From: a gamma proteobacterium endosymbiont of Lamellibrachia anaximandri
Lineage (GTDB): Bacteria; Pseudomonadota; Gammaproteobacteria; Chromatiales; Chromatiaceae
Length of the DNA: 64,000 nucleotides
Assembly: GCA_016756855.1 (NCBI GenBank)
Contig: JAESPD010000010.1
Coordinates: 20,468 to 84,467, forward strand
Direction of reading: 5' to 3'
Below are positions 7,522 through 16,705 of this stretch, piece by piece. A model generated the notes under the pieces. The model saw only the letters and a program-made list of their open reading frames with translations. It had not been told where the DNA came from and ran no database searches. Every line of letters starts with the position of its first letter. The first letter of the stretch is position 1. Position numbers and translations under genes: made by a program.

Positions 7522-10173
7522 ATGCGCTCCGATACCCCTGTCACCATCCATTTGAAGGACTATTTGCCACCGGCTTATCTGGTGGATCAGATCGACCTGA
7601 ATTTTGATCTCCACGAGGACTACGTTCGCGCTGAGAGTCGCCTGAAGGTACGGCGTAACCCAGCCTTCGAAGGTGACGCACGCGCTTTCCTGTTGAATGG
7701 CGAGCTGTTGGAGCTGGAATCCGTGCAGCTCGATGATGCGGTGCTGGGAGTCGATGCCTATCGGCTGGATGACACATCCCTGACCATCCATAATCCAACT
7801 GAACAGTTTGAACTGAAAACCCGAGTGTTGATACGCCCCCAGGAGAATACTGCACTGGAAGGGCTCTATCGCTCCGGTGGCATGTTCTGTACTCAATGCG
7901 AGGCCGAAGGGTTTCGCCGCATCACCTATTTTCCTGACCGGCCCGATGTCATGGCCCGCTTTAGCACCACCATTAGCGCAGACAGAAAGCGCTATCCAAT
8001 ACTGCTCTCCAACGGCAACAGGGTTCAGGAAGAGGAACTCGATCAGGGTCGCCACCGGGTTCGCTGGGAAGACCCCTTTCCCAAGCCCTGTTATCTCTTT
8101 GCCCTGGTGGCGGGGGATCTGCGTTTTATTCAAGACAGCTATACCACGATTTCGGGACGCGATGTGGATCTGCGCATCTACGTGGAAGCGGAAAATATCG
8201 AGAAGTGCGATCACGCCATGCAATCCCTGAAACACGCCATGGCCTGGGATGAGCAGCACTATGGTCGTGAGTACGACCTGGATATCTACATGATCGTGGC
8301 GGTCAACGATTTCAACATGGGGGCGATGGAGAACAAAGGCCTCAATGTCTTCAATTCCAAGTTCGTGCTGGCCCGCCCAGACAGTGCCACCGACCGTGAT
8401 TTCCAGGGTATCGAAGGGGTCATCGCCCACGAATATTTCCATAACTGGACCGGCAATCGCATCACCTGTAGAGATTGGTTTCAGCTTAGTCTGAAAGAGG
8501 GGCTGACGGTGTTTCGGGATCAGGAGTTCTCGGCAGATATGGGCTCCCGTGGCGTCAAGCGCATCGAGGACGTGCGCTTGCTGCGCGCCCATCAGTTTGC
8601 CGAGGATGCCGGTCCAATGGCCCATCCGATTCGTCCCGATGCCTATATGGAGATCAACAATTTCTACACCGTGACTGTCTATGAGAAGGGTGCCGAAGTG
8701 GTGCGCATGCAGCACAATCTGCTGGGCGAAGCCGGCTACCGCAAGGCCACCGACCTCTATTTTGAACGACATGACGGCCAGGCGGTCACCACGGAGGATT
8801 TTGTACGATGCATGGAGGATGCCGGCGGACGGGATCTCTCTCAATTCAAGCACTGGTACAGTCTTGCCGGTACCCCCGAACTGCAGGTGAAGGTGGATTA
8901 CGATGTCTCAGCACAGGTCTACAGTCTGCAGGTCACCCAGCGCTGTTCAGACACGCGTGGACAGAAGAGCAAACCACCGTTTCACATCCCCCTGGCTCTG
9001 GGACTACTCGATGAGACGGGAGAGGATATTCCGCTGCAGTTGAAGGGCGAGGCGGCGCCAGCTGGAGGGACACGGGTCGTTGAGTTGCGCCAGGCGGTGG
9101 AGACTTTTCATTTCGTCAATGTGCCGTCCAGACCGGTGCCTTCACTGCTGCGGGGACTCTCTGCACCGGTGAAGATCGATTATGGTTACAGCGATGCGGA
9201 ACTGACGTTTCTGATGGCCCACGACAACGATGACTTCAACCGTTGGGATGCCGCCCAGACACTGGCCCAGCGCATCATTCTGCAACTGCTGGATGCGCAT
9301 CGGGCGGGGGATCGACTGGAGGTGCCGCAAGGATTTATCGATGCCTTTCATAAGGCACTGACCGACCAGCAGGCAGACAAGGCGTTGCTGGCCGAGGTGC
9401 TGCTCCTCCCTTCTGAATCCCAGTTGGGAGACCAGATGGCGGAGGTGGATGTCGATGGAATTCACCTAGCGCGGGAGGCGGTGAAGCGACAACTTGCCGT
9501 GGCGCTGAAAACCTCACTGCTTGAGATCTACCGTGCCAATACAGAGACGGGCGCCTACACTATCGACTCTGCCGCCATCGCCCGGCGCAGTCTGAAGAAT
9601 GTCTGCCTCGGGTATCTCATGCTGCTCGATGAGCAGGCGCCCCGTGACCTCTGCATGGCCCAGTTTGAGGCGTCGCACAACATGACCGATGTCATAGCGG
9701 CGCTCTCTACGCTGGCCAATACCGAGTCGCCGGAGAGAGAGGTCGCACTTGCGGCATTCGAGAACCGCTGGCAGGACGATGCGCTGGTGATGGACAAATG
9801 GTTCACAGTACAGGCGCTCTCCCGATTACCCGCCACGTTGGATGTGGTGAAGGAGTTGATGAAGCATCCGGCCTTCTCCATGCAGAACCCCAATAAGGTG
9901 CGCAGTCTTATCGGCGCCTTTTGCAGCGGCAATATCACCGGGTTTCATGCAGTGGATGGCTCCGGCTACCGTTTTCTGAGCGACAGGGTTCTGGAGCTGG
10001 ACCGGCTCAACCCCCAGGTTGCGGCCCGCATGATGCGCATCATGGCCCGCTGGCAGCGTTATGACGAGGTGCGTCAGACCTTGATGAAGCGCGAATTTCG
10101 ACGGGTGCTCTCTACGCCGGATATCTCACGGGATCTCTTCGAGATCGCCTCCAAGAGCCTGGAGGTCAAGTGA
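7522..10173 (+). CDS. pepN: Aminopeptidase N (M1 family)
   Basis: 883 aa. Contains GAMEN and HEYFHNWTGN(X17)E zinc motifs. Collinear with E. coli PepN. Confidence 0.95.
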   Translation: MRSDTPVTIHLKDYLPPAYLVDQIDLNFDLHEDYVRAESRLKVRRNPAFEGDARAFLLNGELLELESVQLDDAVLGVDAYRLDDTSLTIHNPTEQFELKTRVLIRPQENTALEGLYRSGGMFCTQCEAEGFRRITYFPDRPDVMARFSTTISADRKRYPILLSNGNRVQEEELDQGRHRVRWEDPFPKPCYLFALVAGDLRFIQDSYTTISGRDVDLRIYVEAENIEKCDHAMQSLKHAMAWDEQHYGREYDLDIYMIVAVNDFNMGAMENKGLNVFNSKFVLARPDSATDRDFQGIEGVIAHEYFHNWTGNRITCRDWFQLSLKEGLTVFRDQEFSADMGSRGVKRIEDVRLLRAHQFAEDAGPMAHPIRPDAYMEINNFYTVTVYEKGAEVVRMQHNLLGEAGYRKATDLYFERHDGQAVTTEDFVRCMEDAGGRDLSQFKHWYSLAGTPELQVKVDYDVSAQVYSLQVTQRCSDTRGQKSKPPFHIPLALGLLDETGEDIPLQLKGEAAPAGGTRVVELRQAVETFHFVNVPSRPVPSLLRGLSAPVKIDYGYSDAELTFLMAHDNDDFNRWDAAQTLAQRIILQLLDAHRAGDRLEVPQGFIDAFHKALTDQQADKALLAEVLLLPSESQLGDQMAEVDVDGIHLAREAVKRQLAVALKTSLLEIYRANTETGAYTIDSAAIARRSLKNVCLGYLMLLDEQAPRDLCMAQFEASHNMTDVIAALSTLANTESPEREVALAAFENRWQDDALVMDKWFTVQALSRLPATLDVVKELMKHPAFSMQNPNKVRSLIGAFCSGNITGFHAVDGSGYRFLSDRVLELDRLNPQVAARMMRIMARWQRYDEVRQTLMKREFRRVLSTPDISRDLFEIASKSLEVK

Positions 10174-10544
10174 GCCGGGCGCTGCTGATTGTGGCGCACG
10201 GCAGCCGCCGGGAGGCCTCCAACGAAGAGATCCGGCGGCTGACGGAACGGGTGAGAGCAGAGGCGGGAGATAGCTACCAATCGGTGAGTTGTGCCTACCT
10301 GGAACTTGCCGATCCCTCCATTCCAGCAGGGATCGAGCAGTGCATTGACGGGGGTGCAGAGGAGGTGGTCGTACTGCCCTATTTTCTCTCCGCAGGCCGG
10401 CATGTGAGCCTCGACATTCCGCAGGAAGTGGAGGCTACGCAACGCAAGCATCCCGGGGTCAGGATCAGGATTGCCCCCTATCTGGGTGGCGCCGATGGGA
10501 TATCCGCTATGTTGCTCGACAGCGCGGCAGAGGATCGGGGCTGA
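10170..10544 (+). CDS. cbiX: Small CbiX-type sirohydrochlorin chelatase
   Basis: 124 aa with LLIVAHGSRR, VVVLPYFLSAGRH and DIP motifs typical of CbiX(S). The GTG start overlaps the pepN stop (GTGA). Confidence 0.6.
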   Translation: MSRALLIVAHGSRREASNEEIRRLTERVRAEAGDSYQSVSCAYLELADPSIPAGIEQCIDGGAEEVVVLPYFLSAGRHVSLDIPQEVEATQRKHPGVRIRIAPYLGGADGISAMLLDSAAEDRG

Positions 10545-10644
10545 CCGCGTGAGATGGGATTTTAAGGATTATCAGGTGAGGAACCGTTAAACTTACAAAA
10601 CCATTCAAAATTGTCCACGCTCGTTACTCCAGGAGGATGGGGCT

Positions 10645-11655
10645 ATGTTTGGATCAGTCATGCTTGAGGTCGCCATTGGCTTGGCATTTATCTATGTTTT
10701 GCTGAGCCTGCTCTGCTCCTCGCTCAATGAGATGATCGCCGGTTTTTTCAATCTGCGCTCCAAGAACCTGCTGACAGCGCTCAATCAATTGTTGACGAAT
10801 GAGGCAAAGCCTGCCGAAGATTCAGCGGCTGCCATTCTGATCAGCAAGGTCACGTCACATCCCTTCATCAGTGCCCTGAAACAGCCTCCGGTACGCTTTT
10901 TCGGTAAGCAGAGGGATGAGAAGGTACCGAACTATATCCCGCCTCATGCCTTTGCCGTTACCCTGCTCGATACCATCGGGGCCAGGGGCATGGATGGCAA
11001 GATGAAAACGGTTTCGTCGATCCGAAGCCTGATCAACAAGGAGGAGAACGAACACCTCAAACGCTCCCTCCTGCCATTGCTCGATAACGCGGGAGATGAT
11101 CTGGAGAAGATTCAGTCCAATATCGAGGCGTGGTTTGATACCTCGATGGATCGGGCGTCGGGATGGTATCGACGCCAGTCGCAGATGATTATCCTCCTTG
11201 TCGCCGCCGTAGTGGTCACCTCGATGAACATCGACACTATCCATATCGCCCATGCGCTGTGGCATGATTCCGGTGTGCGTACGGCCCTGGTGGCGCAGGC
11301 AGAGCAGCTTGCAAAGAGTGATGAAGATGTCCTGACAAGGGATCAGGATTACAAGGAGGTTGTTAAGAAAATTGAAGGTCTATCACTGCCCTTGGGCTGG
11401 GATAGTGAGTCGGTAAGAAAATTCTGGCAGAATCGGGAAGATGCAAAAGGAGGCAGAGAGAGCCGACTTTGGGCGGTGTTGGTCAAGATAACCGGTCTGT
11501 TGATCACTATCCTTGCGATCTCCATGGGTGCACCCTTCTGGTTTGACCTGCTCAACAAATTGGTCGATCTGCGCTCAGTCGGGAAAAGGCCCTCCAGTGT
11601 GGCCGGGTCGCCGGGCAGTGGAGACACTGCACAAAAGCCTCCCGTTGCAGAATAG
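10645..11655 (+). CDS. Hypothetical membrane protein
   Basis: 336 aa. Hydrophobic segments at the N-terminus, at about aa 170-190 and near the C-terminus (APFWFDLLNKL). AGGAGG precedes the ATG. Confidence 0.55.
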   Translation: MFGSVMLEVAIGLAFIYVLLSLLCSSLNEMIAGFFNLRSKNLLTALNQLLTNEAKPAEDSAAAILISKVTSHPFISALKQPPVRFFGKQRDEKVPNYIPPHAFAVTLLDTIGARGMDGKMKTVSSIRSLINKEENEHLKRSLLPLLDNAGDDLEKIQSNIEAWFDTSMDRASGWYRRQSQMIILLVAAVVVTSMNIDTIHIAHALWHDSGVRTALVAQAEQLAKSDEDVLTRDQDYKEVVKKIEGLSLPLGWDSESVRKFWQNREDAKGGRESRLWAVLVKITGLLITILAISMGAPFWFDLLNKLVDLRSVGKRPSSVAGSPGSGDTAQKPPVAE

Positions 11656-11693
11656 GGTAGTATGGCCGTCCCAATAATCCCCAGGAGAAGCCA

Positions 11694-12137
11694 ATGAAAT
11701 ATCTGTTACCGATCTTGCTGCTGCCGGCGATGGTCTTTGCACAGTCTCCACAGGGACAGATCGACAGGGAACAGATGTTCAAGATGGCAAAGCAGAGGAT
11801 GCTTCCCGTGATGGAGACGAGCATACCTGCGATGAAAAAGACCCTGACCTGTCTGGAGGGGACATCCAGCAAGGATGATCTGATGAAGTGTGTTGCCATT
11901 ATGACTGAGGCCAGAGAGCAGGCCATGCGCTCCGTGGGCGGAGGCAAGGAGAGTTCTCACGGCAAATCATCGTTCGCGCCAGACCCGAAGGATATCGAGT
12001 GGAGTCCGGAAATGAAGGCTCAGATGGTGAAAGACCTGAACATGTCGATCAAGCGGAGCGAGGCGATAAAAGGCTGTCTGGGGAAGAGTGCCAGTAGTAC
12101 CGAGATGGACAGCTGTATGCAATCGGCGGCTAAGTAA
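11694..12137 (+). CDS. Hypothetical secreted Met-rich protein with duplicated C-X12-C motif
   Basis: 147 aa. Signal peptide MKYLLPILLLPAMVFAQ. 15 Met by my count. CLEGTSSKDDLMKC (aa 53-66) and CLGKSASSTEMDSC (aa 128-141). Confidence 0.5.
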   Translation: MKYLLPILLLPAMVFAQSPQGQIDREQMFKMAKQRMLPVMETSIPAMKKTLTCLEGTSSKDDLMKCVAIMTEAREQAMRSVGGGKESSHGKSSFAPDPKDIEWSPEMKAQMVKDLNMSIKRSEAIKGCLGKSASSTEMDSCMQSAAK

Positions 12138-12308
12138 AGACATCACTTGGTAGGTATTTCTGCCCGGTTTCCTCTTGTTCGCCTCAGATGATGAAAGATT
12201 TCACAGACTTTATGAATGCCTGGAAAACCTAGGTGATATTTCTTTAACATATTGTTTTTTAATATAAAAAAGCCTATTTTCAGGATGTGTGTCGGTCCGG
12301 TTTGAGAG

Positions 12309-15300
12309 GTGACAGACTTGAATCTGGGCGCCGCTTCGGGCAGGATGCGCGCGGTTAACAGATTTGGAGAAGTCATGGACTTCGAGCGTTCCCTCGGTCT
12401 TAAAGATGTTCCGGTAGATCCGGAAGAAGAGAGCAAAAAGCTACAGCTCTATATCAACCTGAAACTGGCGTCTTCGGGTCAGCCCACAGTTGCCGGCGGA
12501 GATGAGGGGTTTCTTTCCACCGCCCAGGATCTGCTCAAGAGTTACCGGGAGAAGAACCGGTTGCTCACCGATTACCTCTGTCCTGCTGATCAACGTATCC
12601 AGTCATTTTTGGAACGTTACCTTGAGGGTCTTCCTGAAGGGGAGATGCCCAAGCTACCCGCCATGACCTTCATCCTTGACAGGCATGGCGTAGCCCGGGA
12701 GCTCTCCCTGCCGTTGGGCGAGGACGAGTTCCACTCCGATATCGTCAACAGTTTCCGGGCGAAGCAGGGTGTGCTGCACAATCCCGCCAGCGATCGCCGG
12801 ACCACCAAGGGTTCTTTCCATATTGCCGATGGCGGGCTGCCGGTTCCCGGTGACAAGAAGGTGGTGCCGAAGCGCTGTTTTGCCTTCATGCTGACAGCCG
12901 CAATGAATCCGCCGGATGAACTGCTGCAGATACCTTTTACCTCAGCGTTGGAAGAGCAGGCGAAGATGTTTGTCTCCCTGCTGTTGCGCCCCACGGTCTG
13001 TCCGGAGATCCCCGGCCAGGATAGCGAGAAGAGCATGGAGATCCGCTTCTTCGCGCCGGGTAACCTGGTCAGTAACCTCGATTTTGTCGAGAGCATCTTC
13101 GGCAACGGCGGCAGCCCTCTGCTACCGGAGTTTGATTCCGCCCTGGATGTGGACCACTGGACCGGACAGACCGGTTGCGTCATTCTCGCGCCCCATCTCA
13201 CCCAACTCACCAAAAAGTCTGTAGGGCTGCCCCACTTCGACGATGCCAGTGAGCGTCAACGGGCGGAAGGCATGTGCTGGCAGTCGGAAGACGAACGCTA
13301 CAACGATGGTCAGGCCTTTAAGATCACTGCCCGTGATGAGAGCGGCGTGATCGTCACCATTCTTGCGGATAACTACTACGGCTATTGCAAGAAAGAGGTC
13401 AAGACCCAGATTGGCTTCGCCGCCAATCTTTTTGGCCTGGCGGAAGAGGAGCATGCCGGTGGAGCACTGGCCTTCCCACGCCGTAACCACGGTATCGAAT
13501 ATGGTGTCGACTCCACGACCCGGGAGCCGGGTTACAATTTTCAGGATGTGCAGGAGCGCTACGGCGATATCATGAATCTGCAGTCTGAGGGGCACGGCAT
13601 CGACAAGCGCTTCCCCGATGTGATCTATGTGCCCCAGGATCTGCGCATGGATCTGCAGGAGCAGAGCATCGCCTTCCTGCGGGATGGAGAGTCCCATGTT
13701 ATCCGTCTGCAGCCAGGCAAGATCTATGTCCAGCCCAATGGATATAAAATAGAGATGCAAAAGCATCCGGACGCCCCCTCGTGGCGTCTGATCGGCACCG
13801 ATCCCGAGGGGACTTTTTGTCATAAGCCCAGCACCGTCTCCGGTGGCGGCAAATCGGAGATTTCCAAGTCTCTTGACGATGCGGTGATCTACGGCCCCCT
13901 CTTCGTCGATGAGTTGCAGGTCGATCTCGACCGTGTGCAGGAGATCTACGACCGGGATTATAGTGATCGTTTGAAGTCCAGTTTTGAGAGTGTGGACCGG
14001 GACCCCAGCCGTAAGCCGCTGAGTATGGAGCGCAGCCTGGGCTCCTTCATCAAATTGATGACCCCCTCTCCCAGTTACACTGATGAGTACAATGCCTGGC
14101 TGGAGTCGATTCCGCCGCGCATCCTGGCGCTGGCCTTTGTCATCAAACGCTTCTACCGGCCATTCTGGGGCACTAACTGGCGCAAATATATTTCAGTGGA
14201 TGAGATTGACGGTGCGGCAGGCCATGAACTGAAGTTGCTGGATCGCCGCATCATCGCCTCCTATCTGCGCGTCGGTTTCGATGAGCGCGGTGAGTGGCGC
14301 ATCTTCAAGGTACGACAGGACTTCATCGCAGCTGAGAAGATTCAGATGGAAGACGACATCACCACTTCGGTGGTGGTCAGAGCGAAATCCCTTGATGACT
14401 GCCGTTGTGGATATGACAATGACCGCAGCGTCAAGTTGACCGGCAACTGCGAATATCGTCTGTTCCAGCGTCCGGATGATGCCGTCATCCCCGGCTTCGA
14501 CAAGCAGACCGAATTCGATATGTCCCAGCCTGGGAATTTTCTTGCCAATTTTGAACCGCTGAACGGAGAGAAATTGACTGAGGTGGTGGAGGATGTGCTG
14601 AATCTCTGCAACTTCACCCAGCCCATGCGAGAGTTGCTTACGGGTGCCCACGAAGCGCAGAGCGGATACGTGGTCTCATCTGCCCATCCGCGGCTGGTGG
14701 ACGGAAAGCCGAGCAAGAATCCCCGCTATCTGCAGACCCGACAGGATCTGGTGGAGCCGATACGTGCCTACGTGGCCGAGATTGGCGCTCGATTCCATCG
14801 TAAGCTGCCGTTGGGAAAGAAGGTTTGTCATCCGGTCGATGCGGTGCTGGCCGGACGCCGCAATAATCCGCCTGAACAAGGTATTCGCTCCCTGGCGGTC
14901 TATAACCCGATCCATTATCAGGAACTGCCCGAGCTGTTCATGGACTTTGTCTGCAGTCTCACCGGTAAGTCCCCCTCCACCACCGGGGCGGGGAGTGAGG
15001 GTGCGCTGACCAAGGGGCCTTTCAATGCCCTGCGCGCCACTGCAGATCTTAACAATGCGCTGGTATCGTTCATTCTTACGGGTTATCCGGGTTTTTCCAG
15101 TTCTGCCGGGTATGTCGGTCCGAACGTACGGGTTGCCCACGATATCAGCCTGTTGATCCCAGAGGTCTGGGCACGGCTGGACGAACATGAACGTGACCCG
15201 GCCTATCTTATCGAGAACGGCTACCTTGAACCGTTGGAAGACTTTGAGCATAACGGTCATCGGGTTTTGGCGAGTCGGTTGGGTTATCGTATTACGGATC

Positions 15301-15842
15301 GTTTTGTACACGGCTTCCTCGGCAAGATTTTCGATAATGCCAACACGGTGCTGACCGAAAGTATCCTGAAACCGGAACTGCAGAGCCTGGATGTCTTTGC
15401 GGATGGCATAGACAATATCGTAGAGGCACAACAGAGAGTTGCTCAGCAGTATCTGGATGACGGCAGTGTTGAGGATGCCTGTCCGCCCTTGAAAGCTGTG
15501 CTGCATATCATGGCGAAGGGTGAGTACGAAGGTAAGGCAGTGCATGATCCTGAGATTCGCGCCATGTTCACCAGCGACTACCTGTTGGCGTCGGATTGGT
15601 ACCAGGAGCGTCTGCGGGTGAAACAGGCACGGGAAATAACGCTCTGGCAACGTCATGTCGATTATCTGCAGGATTTCCTCAACCGGCCAGGTTATGCCGA
15701 TGTGGCTGAAAAGATGGGTATAGCGTCGCGACTCGAGGCGGCCGATGCGCGACTTGCGGCAGTGCGGAGTGATGACTATCTGCGCAGTCTGGTCGGCACT
15801 ATTGGTGCGGACCCCCTGCGGCCTGCGGGTACCCCCGCTTAG
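12309..15842 (+). CDS. Giant PEPCK-superfamily protein, candidate PPi-dependent phosphoenolpyruvate carboxykinase
   Basis: Single ORF of 1177 codons; ATG 12375 preceded by GGAGAAG is a more likely start, giving 1155 aa. [12 protein letters not shown] (nt 12789-12824) resembles [21 protein letters not shown]...EHAGG (nt 13374-13460) resembles YGGEMKKG...MHCSAN. SGGGKSE (nt 13839-13859) resembles the kinase-1a motif SGTGKTT of E. coli PckA. Large insertions separate the motifs. Confidence 0.55.
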   Translation: [1177 protein letters not shown]

Positions 15843-15857
15843 TTGACCCAGCGTATT

Positions 15858-15887
15858 GCCTGATCCGCTACGCTTGATCAGGCCTAC
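15858..15887. repeat. REP-like palindromic unit, GTAGGCC type (copy 2 of 3, reverse orientation)
   Basis: GCCTGATCCGCTACGCTTGATCAGGCCTAC lies 16 nt after the stop of the large gene. Very close to the E. coli REP consensus as I remember it. Confidence 0.6.
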
Positions 15888-15997
15888 AAATTCAGTAGCA
15901 GGCCGGTCCAAGCGCAGCGGAACAGGCAACCTCACTGTCTGGCCGGGAGATAACGATTTACACTACTATCCACAATATTCGTCTCCACTATGATGTT

Positions 15998-16702
15998 ATG
16001 GGCAGTGGGAGTCGTGTGCTTATTCTGCACGGCTGGGGCAGCGATCTCGGCAGTTTCGCGTCTGTCAGACAGCATCTGGCGAAAAAATATTGTGTCTACG
16101 CTTTGGATCTTCCCGGTTTCGGTGAAAGCCCGGCGCCGGAATCCCCATGGGGAACGACGGAATATGCGGCCTTGGTGGAGCGTTTTATCGTTGAGATGGG
16201 GATCGAAAATCCTGCGATCATCGGCCACTCCTTCGGTGGTCGGCTGGCGATCCGGCTGGCGACGAAGATGCCGGTGAGAAAATTGATCCTGGTGGACAGC
16301 GCCGGGGTCAAACCCCGCCGCAGCCTGAACTACTATCTCAAGGTCTATTCATACAAGCTGATGAAAAATGTCCTGGGCCGGCTCTATCCACCACTACTGG
16401 AAAAGATGCGCGGACGCGCCGGTTCCGAAGATTACCGCAATGCCTCCCCCGTCATGCGACAGACCCTGGTAAAGGTGGTGAATGAAGATCTGACGCCCCT
16501 GCTGTCCGGGGTCAAAGCGCCCACCCTGCTGGTCTGGGGAGAGAACGATCTGGATACGCCACTCTATCAGGCAAAGGTGATGGAGGCGCAGATACCCGAT
16601 TGTGGCCTGGCCCTCATCAAGGGAGCGGGACACTTCTCCTATCTGGAGAGGCCTGGCGAGTTCCAGATCATCGTCGACTATTTTCTGAAAATGGAAACCT
16701 GA
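15998..16702 (+). CDS. Alpha/beta-fold hydrolase
   Basis: LILHGWGS oxyanion region, GHSFGG nucleophile elbow, C-terminal GAGH. The true start is probably upstream at a non-canonical codon (see findings). Confidence 0.8.
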   Translation: MGSGSRVLILHGWGSDLGSFASVRQHLAKKYCVYALDLPGFGESPAPESPWGTTEYAALVERFIVEMGIENPAIIGHSFGGRLAIRLATKMPVRKLILVDSAGVKPRRSLNYYLKVYSYKLMKNVLGRLYPPLLEKMRGRAGSEDYRNASPVMRQTLVKVVNEDLTPLLSGVKAPTLLVWGENDLDTPLYQAKVMEAQIPDCGLALIKGAGHFSYLERPGEFQIIVDYFLKMET

Positions 16703-16705
16703 TTC

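Noticed and set aside
7516-8853. 445-aa ORF on the minus strand
   Set aside because: Entirely antisense to pepN, whose M1-peptidase motifs (GAMEN, HEYFHNWTGN) are unambiguous. The antisense product is a low-complexity, His/Gly/Ile-rich artefact of a GC-rich gene.
14676-15935. 419-aa ORF on the minus strand
   Set aside because: Antisense to the 3' third of the giant PEPCK-like gene. It has no recognisable motifs and an Arg/Gln/Thr-rich composition typical of shadow ORFs.
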